The position numbers and the translations under genes are program-made. Positions 1 through 14,430 of a DNA stretch of 64,000 nucleotides are shown in pieces; position 1 is the stretch's first letter, and each line of letters opens with the position of its first letter. The notes beneath the pieces are model-generated. The model ran no database searches. It was given only the letters and a program-made list of their open reading frames with translations, and was not told where the DNA came from. The DNA is from the human T2T-CHM13v2.0 reference genome, Homo sapiens. Location of the stretch: the NCBI RefSeq assembly GCF_009914755.1, contig NC_060928.1. One strand, 5' to 3'.

Positions 1-550
1 CAAATGGCTCAGAAAAAAAGTGGTGTGTGTATTATATACACTTGTATGTATGTGTGGGTGTATTTACTAATAACATACATTATGTATGTATAGAGAGAGA
101 CAATGTCAGAGAGAGCACGAATGATAAATGAGGCTAAATATTAATGGCAGGTAAATCTGTTTTTAAAAAACATGTGATCCTTGTTTCTTATATAATAAAT
201 GTGATAAGCATGTGATGAGACTGAGCCAACATTAGTGAAATATGGGCTTTAAAATGTTTTCCAGAAGCAGTTATTCTATCCTGTGATGTCCTCTGTGACC
301 AAAAACTAAATGAAGGATGTCTTTGGAAGACTCTAAAGCTAACTGGACAATTTGGAAACTGACCTCTAACTATACTTTGATTAATACCACTGGCGAATCA
401 TTCATAGGGTATATACAAATACAAATTTGGCCTCTTGTTTAAAGGGTTTCTGTAGTTCAATCATTATGAACTCCTAACTGATACTTAGTAGAACAGCATA
501 TAGGTCCATATTTATAATTCAAATCATTGGCAATTAAAAGCGTTACTATC

Positions 551-845
551 GGCCGGGCACAGTGGCTCATGCCTGTAATCTCAGCACTTTGAGAGGCCGA
601 GGCGGGCAGATCACCTGAAGTTGGGAGTTCAAGACCAGGCTGACCAACATGGAGAAACCCCGTCTCTACTAAAAATACAAAATTAGTCGGGCATGGTGGC
701 ACATGTCTGTAATCCCAGCCACTCGGCAGGCTGAGGCAGGAGAATCACTTGAACCCAGAAGTGGAGGTTGCGGTGAGCCAAGATCACACCATTGCACTCC
801 AGCCTGGGCAACAAGAGCGAAACTCCATCTCAAAAAAAAGAAAAA
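551..845 (+). mobile_element. Alu (AluSp-like), full length
   Basis: ggccgggcacagtggctc...ctgaccaacatggagaaacc...polyA. Flanking direct repeat gttactatc at 542-550 and 847-855. Confidence 0.93.
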
Positions 846-1152
846 GGTTACTATCAGTAAATGCTAGCTGAAACTACAGTAACAATTTATAAACAGTAAT
901 TCTCTACTAAAATTTACCAAAACATAATTCTTTCTGAGAACATTATTGTCACAAGTTTTATTACATGCTTATATTATAAACCTACCAATAATATATTTAT
1001 TAATATGATAAATACTAATTTAAATCTGTTCTTAATATGACAAAACTGTGTTATTCTAAAATCCATGAAGATGAGCTATTCCAAATGAGAACTTTTTCTA
1101 AATAACTGAAGGGCTAGTAACACTGTATTCCTTCTAAACCACAAAGGTATAG

Positions 1153-1622
1153 TGTGGTATGCAGAATGATGCTCCCTCCCAAAGATGTCCACATTCTATT
1201 CCCTGGAATTCATGAATATGTTATTAATACCATAAAAGGCAAAGAGGAATTACAGTTGCAAATGGAATAAGGTTGCTAATCAGCTAACATTATAACAGAG
1301 AGATTAACCTGGATTATCTGGGTGAGTCCAGTGTAATTACAAGAGTACCTTAAAGTACAAGAGGGTGGCAGATTAAGTCAGAGTGATGCAATATAAGCAC
1401 TCAATCTGTCCTTACTGACTTTGCTGAATTAAGGAAGGAAGCCACAAGCCAAGGACCATGGAAAACATCTAGAAGTTGGAAAAGGTAAGGAAACGAATTC
1501 TCCCCTAGACGCTCTAGAAGAGAATGCAGTCCTGCCAACACCTTGATTTTACTTCTGTGAGGCCTGCATAAAGCCATTACTTTTGTGGAAATTTGTTATA
1601 GCAGCAACAGAAAATTAATATA
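1153..1622 (+). mobile_element. MaLR LTR (MLT1-like)
   Basis: tgtggtatgcagaatgatgctccc...gccaacaccttgattt...ttgttatagcagcaacagaaaattaata, typical MLT1 ends. Confidence 0.75.
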
Positions 1623-2654
1623 TATTCTATTTTCTTTTCTCTTACAAAAAGTGTAATAAATATAATTTGATCTTAAAACTTCCTGTAGCAAATCATTGCA
1701 GGAATCAATTCCTGTACTAAACAACACCCTACCAATCCCTACCTCCAAGCATATATAGATTCCCACATCTATGCTTTAGAATATAATATAGTTTTCATGT
1801 AATCTTTTGATAACAGAGATGTTCTATCTATTATCTATTACTACCCTTCATCTACTGTGAATGGCTGTGCTCTCTCTACCCTCAGCACCACTGACTACCC
1901 TAGATGTCCACTATTCTCTTTCCCCCTTAGCCTCTCCTTCAATTATTTTATATTTGCTCACACAGTATCTCCTGAGCTTCTTGGCTCTAGCAGAAGACTG
2001 TCCTTAAATACATGAGGCTATTCAATGCCTTTTACCCTTGTCTACAAATCTACCAATCAACATATAATATTCTGTGCACCTCAGCTCTTTCCATTGTTGC
2101 TGAGTATTCACCGGTTGCTTTCCAGGGATATTTCTCCCTCTATTTGCAATAAGCATTAAATTTTTCTTTAGAAGGATATACATACATACATATATATTCA
2201 GCCTATCTGCAAAATGTAATGGGACAGCAGCAGGAATAATGATAGCGTAGTTACAAGTATACTCTCATTGCTATGGGCAACTATGATAATGGCAATGTAA
2301 GTACATATTCATTTTCTCTATACATAGGCATCCTCCCACACCCTGCTATGTATGTATGTTCTCAGTAAATGTTTAGAGGACAGAGGAGAAAGTAAGGTCT
2401 TAACCTCCTGGTATGCAAATTATAGGAAGAAGAGAGAACTAAGCAAACAAACTTAAGTTACATAAAGTAACAGAAGAAATAATACATATTTAATCCATAA
2501 TATATTTTCTAAAAATTTATCTGCATTCAAGACATTAAAGGCCTTCAAATATTTAAATAGTAGAAACATTACACTGAGAGTTATTAGACGACAAAATTAT
2601 GTCTTACTCATTTTCATTTCTCTCATGCCCACAATTAAGTTTGCTTTGAAATAA

Positions 2655-2940
2655 TTTTTTTTTTAATAGGGGTCTTGCTCTGTTGACCAGGCTGGAATGC
2701 AGTGGGATGATCATAGCTCACTGCAGCCTTGAACTCCTGGGCTCCAGCAATCCTCTTATCTCAGCCTCTCAAGTAGCTGGGACTACAGGCACACACTACC
2801 ACACCCAGCTAATTTTTAAAATATTTTGTAGAAATGGAGTCTTACTGCATTACCCAGACTGGGTTACTCAGGGCTCAAGTGATTATACCAACTCAGCCTC
2901 TAAAAGTGCTGGGATTACAGAAATAAGCCACCACACCTGG
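2655..2940 (-). mobile_element. Alu (AluJ-like)
   Basis: polyT followed by gggtcttgctctgttgaccaggctggaatgcagtggg...gccaccacacctgg. Confidence 0.9.
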
Positions 2941-3096
2941 TTGAAATAATTTTTTTTAACCTTATGACAAATTTGTATATGAGCCTAGGTACACAGACCC
3001 TTGCAATCTAACAATAAGACTTACTAGTATTAGCATCACATAATCACAAGGCTGAAATATTATAGTGTTAGACTCTCTTTAAAATCTATGTTTTTA

Positions 3097-5373
3097 CACA
3101 AATCAATAAATGTAATCTATCACATAAAAAGAACCAATGACAAAAACTATATGATTATCTCAATAGATGAAGAAAAGGCCTTCGATAAAATTCAAACATC
3201 CCTTCATGTTAAAAACTCTCAATAAACTAGGTATTGATGGAACATCTCAAAATAATAAAAGCTATTCATGACAAACCCATAGCCAATATCATACTGAATG
3301 GACAAAAGCTGGAAGCATTCCCTTTGAGTGGCCCTCTCTCACCACTTCTATTCGACATAGTATTCAAAGTTCTGGCCAGGGCAATCAGGCAAGAGAAAGA
3401 AATAAAGCGTATTCGAATAGGAAGAGAGAAAGTCAAATTGTCTCTGTTTGCAGACGACATGATTGTATATGTAGAAAACCCCATCATATCAGCCCAAAAA
3501 CTCCTTAAGCTGATAACCAACTTCAGCAAAGTCTCAGGATACGAAATCAATGTGCAAAAATCACAAGAATTCCTATATACCAATAACAGACAAACAGAGA
3601 GCCAAATCATGAGAGAACTCCCATTCACAATTGCAACAAAGAGAATAAAATACCTAGGAAGCCAACTCACAAGGGATGTGAAGAACCTCCTCAAGGAGAA
3701 GTACAAATCACTGTTCAGTGAAATAAAGGAGGACACAAACAAATGGAAGAACATTCCATGCTCATGGATAGGAAGAATCAATATCGTGAAAATGGTCATA
3801 CTGCCCAAGGTAGTTTATAGATTCAATGCCATCCCCATCAAGCTACCAATGACTTTCTTCACAGAGTTAGAAAAAAAGTACTTTAAAGTTCATATGGAAC
3901 CAAAAAAGAGCCCATATAGCCAAGACAATCCTAAGCAAAAAGAACAAAGCTGGAGGCATCATGCTACCTGACTTCAAACTATACTAAAAGGCTACCGTAA
4001 CCAAAACAGCATGGTACTGGTACCAAAACAGATATATAAGACCAATGGAACAGAACAGAGGCCTCAGAAATAACACCGCACATCTACAACCATCTCATCT
4101 TTGACAAACCTGACAAAAACAAGAAATGGGGAAAGGATTCCCTATTTAATAAATGGTGCTGGGAAAACTGGCTAGCCATAAGTAGAAAGCTGAAACTGGA
4201 TCCCTTCCTTATCCCTCATACAAAAATTAATTCAAGATGGATTAAAGATGTAAATGTTAGACCTAAAACCATAAAAACCCTAGAAGAAAACCTAGGCAAT
4301 ACCATTCAGGACACAGGCATGGGCAAGGACTTCATGACTAAAACACCAAAAGCAATGACAACAAAGCCAAAATAGACAAATGGGATCTAATTAAACTAAA
4401 GAGCTTCTGCACAGCAAAAGAAACTACCATCAGAGTGAACAGGCAACCTACAGAATGGGGGAAAATGTTTGCAATCTACCCATCTAACAAAGGGCTAATA
4501 TCCAGAATCTACAAAGAACTTAAACAAATTTACGAGAAAAAAACAACCCCATCAAAAAGTGGGCAAAGGATATGAACAGACACTTCTCAAAAGAAGATAT
4601 GTATGTGGCTAACAAACATATGAAAAGAAGTTCATCACTGATCACTAGAGAAATGCAAATCAAAACCACAATGAGATACTATCTCATGCCAGTCAGAATG
4701 GCGATCATTAAAAAGTCAGGAAACAACAGATGCTGGCGAAGCTATGGAGAAAAAAAGAATGCTTTTACATCGTTGGTGGGAATGTAAATTAGTTCAACCA
4801 CTGGGGAAGACAGTGTGGTGATTCCTCAAGGATCTAGAACTAGGAATTTGACCCAGCAATCCCGTTACTGGATAAATCATTCTACTATAAAGACACATGC
4901 ACATGTATGTTTATTGTAGCTATGTACAATAGCAAAGACATGGAACCAACCCAAATGCCCATCAATGACAGACTAGATGAAGAAATGTGGTACATATACA
5001 CCATGGAATATTATGCAGCCACAAAAAAGAATGAGTTCATGTCTTTTGCCAGGACATGGATGAAACTGGAAGCCATCATCCTCAGCAAACACAGGAACCA
5101 ACACCACATGTTCTCACTAATAAGTGGGAATTGAACTATGAGAACACATGGACACAGGGAAGGGAACAACACACACCGGGGCCTGTTGGGCCATGGGGGG
5201 AAGGGGAGGAAGAGTATGAGGACAAATACCTAATGCATGTGGGGCTTAAAACCTAGGTGATGGGTTGATGGGTGCTGCAAACCACCATGGCACATGTAAA
5301 CCCATGTAACAAACCTGCACATTCTGCATATGTATCCTAGAACTAAAAATAAAATAAAAAATGTAAAAAAAAT
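3097..5373 (+). mobile_element. 5'-truncated LINE-1 (L1PA-type) with degenerate ORF2 RT/C-terminus and 3'UTR
   Basis: ORF 3234-3971 contains LFADDMIVY (RT motif), followed by frameshifts and an A-rich tail. TSD AAAATCTATGTTTTTA at 3081-3096 and 5374-5389, at a TTT/AAAA endonuclease site. Confidence 0.96.
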
Positions 5374-5791
5374 AAAATCTATGTTTTATATTGATCATAC
5401 ACAACATTGTAGAATAGATTTTACATATATAATTAGTATACATTTTAAATATAGAGATTTAACATAACAACTCTCCTGGCAATTTCAGCTGACAATTTCC
5501 ATGGCAAAGTACAAGCTGCACACAATGGAATCCTGACTTACTTCTTTAACACATAAAACACTTAATAAAATGTGGAAAAGCTATACCACCTAAGAGTTAT
5601 TCTAAAATATTTTATAGTGTGAAATACATTTATATGTATGTATGTTTAAATTTACTGAATAAAGACACCAATTAAGAAAATTAAACCCCTAAAAGCTAAC
5701 TACTATTCACATACTTTAATTTAGTTTGCTTATTCATTTCAAGTCTTTCTTCATTAATATAAGTTTAACATATGTAAAATCATAGCATAGA

Positions 5792-6088
5792 GGCCAAGCC
5801 CAGTGGCTCACACCTGTAATCCCAGCATCTGGGGAAGCGAAGATAAGAGGATCACTTAAACCCAGGAGTTCAAGACCAGCCTGGGCAACACGGCAAGATC
5901 CTGTCTCTACAAAAAAAAAAAAAATGTAGTCAGGCATGGTGGTACATGCCTGTAGTTCTAGCTACTTGAGAGGCTGAAGCAGAAAGATTGCTTCAACCCT
6001 GGAGTTCAAGGTTACTATAGCTTGCTACTGGGCTCCAGCCTGAGAGACAGAGTAAGATCATGTCTCTAAAAAAATAAAAATAAAAGTT
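5792..6088 (+). mobile_element. Alu (AluJ-like)
   Basis: Dimeric Alu. Flanking repeat aaaatcatagcat on both sides. Confidence 0.9.
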
Positions 6089-7869
6089 TAAAAATCATAG
6101 CATGGAAATAACCTTGTGCTTTTATCTTTTGAAATACTTTAAGTATAACTAATTTTATTACTACATAAATCTACCATTTCAATTCTCCTTTAAGAAATCT
6201 ACAAAGAAAAACTCACATGATACTTTCATGACCTCTGAAGATTAAATTATATCTGGATTGTATCTGAATCAAGGATATAAGATAATTCATGAATGAATAA
6301 AATAGGATTTAATAAAGTAAAATATAAAATAAAGACTGATTTCAAAATAACAACTTGTTTTAGGACTGTAGCAGACTTTCTTTTAATTATAGATTTCCAA
6401 TTAAACTATTTAGGAAAAGCTATACTTTAATTTTAATCTTAAAAGTTAAAAGAAGATCAAGTAACTGATACTAACTTCACATTAAAATGTATTTCACTAA
6501 TACAAATAGTAATAATGACCATCACAAAAATTTTAGCTAAATATTAATTGACCTTTATCTGTATACTTTGACTGTATTTAGTTATTTAAATACTCACAAT
6601 CAAAATATACAGATACAACTTTTAAAAATACACAGAAAGTACTTCAGCACTTATGAAATAGAATGCCATCATCTTCCGTATAAAAGCTGAAATCAAATCA
6701 GAAATTGAAATTGATGTCAGTTTATTTCTGAGAGCTTAATATATTTGGTAAACTGCTTCCTCTTTGATAACAGTGGTTTCAGTTTTGTATAAAGACTCAT
6801 TATAAGCCACAATATTTCCTAAGTATAAAATATGCAGCATTTTATTAACTTCATTTCCATCTTTTATGAACAGCATGGATATAACTACCAATCACTTTAA
6901 AACAAAATTTAAGTTTCAAGTATTTTTCATGTGATTTGCTACAAATTATTTTGGAAATTTCCTGACTATATAACATTGTTTAGACTGCAATCATTTTATT
7001 AAAACTTACCTAAAATGATAATAACAACTGCTACTTGGCCCTCCATGTATTTAAAAAATAAAAAACGTGAGCCAGAGATTTCCAGATCTCTATATATTAT
7101 CTGATCATGTCGCAACATTTCAGAGTAGGATAACAAGATGCTCTTTTGAAAATTAATGGGAAAAAGGAAAGCTTTGGAGCTTCTTGTGAAAACAAGAAAA
7201 AGTGTAAAGAAAAAGGTAGGTGATATAACGGACACTATTTAAGTTGTGGGAAGGCAAAACTTACTTAAGAAACTGTCATGGACAACTGCAGACAGGGCAT
7301 TAAAAAAAGGACAATGGCACTGATGGGATACCAGTAAAAATCTGATGGCTTTAAAATAAACTGCCAACATCTTCACAAATTATGCTTTACTGCTTCTGAG
7401 CTCTAGCAAGGTTTCTATACAGATAGGGATAATAATAGAATATAAGTCATTATAGATTTGTTGAGAGGATTATGACAATTAAAGTGCTTAGCATAGTGGT
7501 TGGCACAGAATAAGAGTTCAATAAAGTGGTGTGTTATTCTTATCATCTCATTTCAATTGAGTTTTGCAAGACTTTCACATCTCTAGAAATGTCATACTGT
7601 AAATTTGAACTTGCTGATAGAAATCTGTTGGAAAAAGAAGGGTATCAAATTTATCACTCTATAAGGATTTATTTAGCATGTACTATTTACCTAGGCATGT
7701 GGTGCTACCAAGTAAATAACTTGATATCTGCCTTCCAATAACTTTTCACATTGGTAGGTTAACAAAGGGAGAGGAATACATGGATAATAAGAGGAAAGAA
7801 CAAAAACAACGATATATTAGAGTGTTTAAGATCAACGGTAACTGAAGCATCAGTTCAAAGAGAGCACTT

Positions 7870-8040
7870 GCCCGGGCACTGTGGCTCACGCCTGTAATCC
7901 CAGACCTTTGGAAGGCTGAGGCAGGAGGACTGCTTGAGTCCAGGATTTCAAGACCAGTCTAGTCAACATAGTGAGACCCCGTCTCTACAATAAATAAATA
8001 AACAATAATATTAAATTTAAAAAACAAACAAAAAAAATAA
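7870..8040 (+). mobile_element. Alu monomer (FLAM-like) with A-rich tail
   Basis: gcccgggcactgtggctcacgcc...gagaccccgtctctac followed by an A-rich tail, no right arm. Confidence 0.85.
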
Positions 8041-8814
8041 ATCAGAGAGAGCTCTCTGTGTGGCATCCAATGATAGATGTAAGAAAGCTAGCCTGGAAAG
8101 ACAAAGACTTCAGATTGGGGGCCAATGTGAAACAAAGTTGAATAGGTAGGACTTTAAGGATTTTAAAGCACTATGGCATGATGACAGTGTTTTATTCTAT
8201 TCCTCTAAGTAAAAACCTGCCAAGGGAACTAGAATAAAGCATGTATTTAATGAAATCATTTAATTATTAAACCACTGACAATTTTCCCTTCTTTTATTCC
8301 CTCCTTCTTTCTATAAATATTTATTGAATCTCCACTGTCTAGCAGGCAGCACGTAAGTGGTGGTAATAAGGAAACATTAAGATGAGGACTATACCTGGTT
8401 TGAAGAGAAAAACTTTAGTGTAAATAATCCCAAAGAAAACTAACCAAGATTATTTTATCAGCACTGCACCTGCACTTCATTTTCTTTTAAGTAGGTAGAC
8501 TGTTTTCTTATTACAACTTAAAGATTTTAGAGTTTCAAGATTATATCAAATTAACACATTTATTACATTTTAGATATATATTCATATCAAAAGCATTCTA
8601 AAACTCCATCCTCAAAGCTCTACTCACTTAAACTAGTATTCTGGAACTGCACATGAGCATTCGGTTTTAAAATGCCTTACAATTTTGTCAGATGCCAGAA
8701 AACAACAATGAAAAATTAACCCTGGTTGAAAAAAGGGATAACTTATAAGTAGATTTGGTTCAGAAGACTATAAAACTATAACTAACTTTTACCAGGCAAT
8801 CCAAGATTTATAAA

Positions 8815-8985
8815 AGCATGTAACCTTGAGCAAGAGACCCAACCTTCCCATGCCTCAGTTTCTTCATCAGCAAAATGGTGACAATACCTACCTCAAGGGC
8901 TTGCTGTAAAAATGTAAGAGTTAATACAGGTAAAACACTTAAAACATTGTTTGCCACACAGTAAATGTTTCATATGTGCTATTAT
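8815..8985 (+). mobile_element. MIR SINE
   Basis: Core accttgagcaag...tgcctcagtttcttcatcagcaaaatgg...aaaacacttaaaaca. Confidence 0.75.
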
Positions 8986-11900
8986 CATTGTAGATGCATC
9001 TTTCCAACATCTGCTTGGAGAAAAAAATACCGTGACAAAAGAAAATGGCTCTAAAGAGCCTTCAGATGTAACACAATAGAAGGACAAACAGGTAGTCGCA
9101 GAATTGTGTTAGATTAGTGACCTAAGTGTGTTTAAGGAACAAGAGGTAAAGCAGAGGTCACAATGTGTGTTTAACTTTAAATAAATATATGAAACAAGGA
9201 AAATTATATTCTAGATTTTAAAAATGTAAATAACTTTCTATTGCTTTACATTGTCCAAACAAAAGCTGTGTTAATAATAAAGAGTATACTTCTGAATCTG
9301 GAGTCCCATCAATGATTTGTTCAGCTTGCGTAAGTCACAACTGATTGGACACAGTCCCTGTGGGCTTGCCATTTCATCCAGACTGGACGGTTCATTAGTC
9401 ATAACTACTATAACTGTACAGCAGAGACTGCAGTTTTATCTCATCGTACATCTTTGATCAAGCTGCCTCAATTCTGCTTCATCAGCATATGAAGTTACAT
9501 TATTGGAGCTTTTTATTTTCCAGTCGGTAATTAACAGAGATTATGCTTTTTATCAAAACATGTATTTGGTCTTCACATTTAATAGTGAGGGCCCAGATCT
9601 GACCACCATTTGACCTCTGAAATTTCTACCACCTAAATACCATGAATCATAAACTGAAATCCAGAATACCACAGAGAAAATTAAACAAAGAAAAGAACTG
9701 ACCTGTGTTAAAAAGCATAAGATGATTGCACTTATCTAAATTGAGACTAACCATATTTGCTGCAGCTTCTCATTAAACATTAAATCGCACACCAGAAGAA
9801 AACATCATACATATTTATTGTTTTGCACTGTCACTTTCAAAAGACTCATACCACAATTAGTGTTTCTCTCAAACTATAAGCTACATAAAGAAATTTCCCA
9901 TGAAGCCTGAAGACAAAGTAATGTAAAAGATGGTTCAAGAAGGTTAAAGAACAGATGGATAATAGATTTCACTGAACACTAAAGCATAATACACTTACTT
10001 CAGAAAAGAAAATGTTGCCAAAACTTAGTTCAAATATAAAATACTGAATGAAATTGATGTGTCGGGAATTTTTTTTTCCTTCCAAGTTCTTTTGGAGAAC
10101 AATAGGGGGCTAAAAGGCCTGTCTCACTATTTTTGCATCTCACTATTTTCGTGTGTAAAGTGTCCCCACTGTAGGCTGCATGAACAATCATAATCGACAG
10201 TTACATGCAGGCACTGAGGCTGCAAAAATCCCAGAGTAATTAGTGTTGTCTGAATGCAATGACATCTGTGTTCTCATGGTTCTCGAGACATGTCAGGCCA
10301 ATAAGATGTATATGAAAAAATATGACAAGCATTGCAAATGCCCTTCTGAAAGGTCTTACACTTTAGGGGAAAGCTGAAGAAATAACACATGTCATCTTCT
10401 CTTTGTAAGCAATATATTTAAGATTACAAGATCTAGAAAGATCTTTTGAGTCATTCATTCTCTTTTTGTAACTATAAAGCATTTGTTCAGAATACATCAC
10501 TAGGGTATGAAAAAAATCTGTTGTAAGTTGGCTTCTTTTTAAAACTTTCTCAGCACATGTGATTCTGTGCAGTGCAATGTAGGTGCCCATTCCTGTAAGT
10601 GACAAAACAGAGAGCATATCTTATTAACATTCCTTGGTTTCGTTACCTTTTAATTAAAAAATATTACCTCTTAGTACTGAACATAAAATAGTTCAAAATT
10701 TGTGGTTAAATGCCTTAGAATTATGTTTGTATTTTTCTAATAATACAGAGTGTCAAATTGACTGTATTAAAAAGTCTTTGTTTTAAGACAACTAATGCTT
10801 TTGCTTACTGATGCCTATTACTGAGGCCTCTCCCTCTATATGCTGTAGCAGTATGTTTGAGCATGCACTTGCTCCAAGAAAGACATTAGTCATCATTAAC
10901 AGAAGCACTGACACCAAATCTAAGTGCCTCTCCACAATGACCAAGTGGCAATCATCTTTCTCTTACACTGTCACTGCTGATTAGGATTTTCTTTCATGAA
11001 AATTTAATTTGTACCCCTTTCTGCAGCTTCTTTTTTTTTTCATTCCTGAAAAAGCAACGTGTTCAGGAGAGATTACAGATAAAGCAAAGAAGCTCTACCT
11101 ATAATATAGCTAATGATATAGAGATTGCAAGATTCTCAGGTAAATCTTTTCTCTAATCCAACAGAAAAACACAGATTAAATCAATGATTAATAAACAGAA
11201 GAAAAACAATGATTTTAAAAGGAATATTGCTTTATTGCTTTAAGAATCCATAAGCCTCAAAAGGTAACTAATTCAAGGAATCCAAATAAAACTTCCCTAA
11301 ATATTAACATAATCCCAAGCTTCTTTAAAACTAAGATAACACTTTGATAGTTGCCATCTTTCACTAGGTTTCAAATTTGTATTCTCCATTTTGTAAACAA
11401 AAAGACAGGGGCATTCACACAGAAATATCACTATAAACTGAAGAAAATACTTAAGCATTCATACCTTTAGTATGCATTAACCTACTGGTTAGTTGTTTTT
11501 TTTTTTTTTTTTTTTTTTTTGAGAAATTTTCAGTTGCACTGGACAAATGAAAGTGATTCATTTGGCCAAGCAGGGTACTCTACAGCTAGATGATACTACA
11601 GACAAACTCTGGTTCTGTACAATATCACAATGTTAAACAAGATATCATAGCAATAAGTTATTTAAGGAAGTTTTTAAAAACATTTACTTTTCTGTTTTAT
11701 TTCAATCTGTTTAAAGTTTTTTTTTTTAATGTAAGCATGTGATAGTTTGCAAGGGTCCTGGTACGACCCAAACTCCCACTTCTAGTTATAAATATTATCA
11801 TCTCTTCGTATTACTTAGGTATTATAACAAAATAGAGATTGGTTTAAATTTAAATTATCTTGAAATTATTTTATATCCCTTTTAGAACATATGTACTTTT

Positions 11901-14289
11901 AGTCAAAACATGTAACACTTTTGTGTTTACATGAGCATAAATTGTATCTTTTTAAAATGTAAATAACCACATGAAATGCTCTGAAAGCAAAAATCAACAT
12001 TATTTCTTTGTAAATCAGAAGCAAGTACAATTCATCAAACTTTAGTCATTAAACGATCCTTCTACTCCTATTTTATTCTGAAAAATAATACAGAAAGTCA
12101 AACAGCAACTGCTTAGTGCCATTTACAAATGGTTTGTTTTTTCTTTTTTTCTATTTAAAATTGGTCTGCAATTAGAACATGTAAGAGGAGATTAGGAATT
12201 AAAATGGATTCTGAGAGGCAATTTCTAACTACTGAACTTTTATAACAGGAGTATCTTTGATTAAATAAGGAGCTAGTCTAAACTAAAAGCAAAACTGTAC
12301 CATAATAACCCAACTTAATTATCTTTGCAGAATACATTTATAAATGATTGGCTCATTTCTACCTTTACTTGACTAAGTAAATATGCCTCTTAAATTCTCA
12401 AACATTGAAAATTCTGATTCTCACAGTTGCACAGACTTATCTAAATCAAAACTTCAAAAAGTTACAATATAATTACTGACTCCATTGCTAGATCCAGTAC
12501 AAGTTCAAGTAAGGAAGTTTAGCTCTGTAACTTCCACTCCTCAACCTAAACCTCCAAGTCACTTGTCAGTTAAAGGTTGGGCGATTTATTGACCGCCTCT
12601 GGATGCATACTGTCAGTGCTGAAGGAAATATGAGGGAGGGTTGTTGCTACTGTTCTGGAGCTCATTGATAATGACATACCTGCCTCTGTCACCCATTACC
12701 CATACTACAAACTACTTAGACCTAACTGAAAAATCAATAGCCTACTTGCACTGGTTCCTGTGGCTGCCTCCTTTGATTGTCAGCTCCTGTCTAGGGTCAG
12801 CACTTACATGAAAGGGGCTGTGACTGCCTGATGCTTTCAGGACAACCTAACGATATGAAACTAGCCAACAGAACAGTAAATTCTGCCTCCCTGCCCTCCT
12901 CATCAATTAGGCTTTGACTAGGCTTGCCTGTAGAAACCTGACCTTTTAAGTTTAGGTGAATATGGACTAGCTGAACACACCATTGCCCTCAGCACTGAGC
13001 CAGGAAATCTACTGACAGGTTAAACAAAACAGAAGGTTGTAACTGTCATAATTTGCATTGCACTTTCACGCCAACAAGGGTGTTATCAGTAGGGGCAAGC
13101 CCTGGAACACACAACTCCAGCACCCTTAAGCCACGCTACTCATAAATTTTCAAGTGAAGTGAGATAAAACATAAATTCACAAATAGCAATGCATTTCTCA
13201 TCTCTCAGTCTTTTAGGTTTGCACTTTGCAAACCCACAGAGTGCCCATCAACAACTCCTTTTGGTCACCTGGCACTCCCATTGCACTAATTAGGGACTTT
13301 CAATGACCATAACACAGAAGTAAAAATAACAATGCCCATTTAAGACCTATTTTAGAGAGACTATATAATATAGCAGATAGACTGACTGGTATATATGTCA
13401 AAATGAGAACAATTAGATCTCAATATGCTATCTTTTCTTGCCTCAATTCACTCTCTCCAAAAGTATCCACAAGCTTAGACAAACAATAAGTTATCACGTA
13501 AGTGAAAGGAGGTGTTGAAATTATTTCCTACCAAGCTACTCTGATATAGCATCTTTTACAGTTTGAGGGAAAACTAAGAACATCTGTAAAATAAAAGATG
13601 TTAACACTTTTATGCTTGTCAGATCTTCTGATGAAAACAAGTGAAAAGCATGAGAAAGCAGTATAAAACTTTCCTTTGTTTAGTGACTCATGTTTTGAAA
13701 ACCACTTCCCTGCTTAGATCTATCTTTTAACACAGTAGGAACTTGGTAATATCATAGTTGCTTAGCACAATGTCATTTCTCTAAGGAGAAGACCAATAAT
13801 TTATTTTTTTAAGTTAATTGTGAATGGGAACTTACTTTGGCTTCAAGAACTAATATTTACACAATACCCAATGTTCATTAAAATGTCCAAAACATTGACA
13901 GTCCATTAAATATTTAAGGGAAAAAAACATATTGTTTATATAAACATATATTATTTTTCTATATACAGGAACACATACTGCATTTTGTTTTATAATTTTA
14001 TGATTCAACCCCTATCAAGCAATAATTAGTATACTCAGGATTTTTCCCAAGTTGCTACTTCATTGTCCCTCACAGTTGTCTCCAAACTATATTTTGTAAA
14101 TTTTTTCCATAAATCTAAAATATCTATAAGCTTATTCTTGTCTGAGTTTAAAAACTTTCATATACCTACGTTAGAGCAGCACTGAAAGCCTAAACATCTG
14201 CAGAAAGATTTCTGATAGAAATAAACAAAGATGTCAACAAATTTAGTCATGTAATGGTGGAAAATTTTAGACTTTTTTAACTAGAAGAG

Positions 14290-14430
14290 ATAGAAAAGAT
14301 TACCTAGTCCAACCCACTCATTTAGCAATTGAGAAAATAATGGATAAAGATAGTGACTTGATCAAAGTCACCCAGGTAACCAAGCCAGGACAAAAATTTG
14401 GGACTTTTTGTTTCCTAGATTGATGCTTTG
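14290..14430 (-). mobile_element. MIR-like fragment
   Basis: gtgacttgatcaaagtcacccaggtaac resembles the reverse MIR core. Confidence 0.5.

Noticed and set aside
3234-3971. 245-aa reverse-transcriptase-like ORF as a novel RT gene
   Set aside because: It is a fragment of L1 ORF2 in a 5'-truncated, frameshifted element with TSDs.
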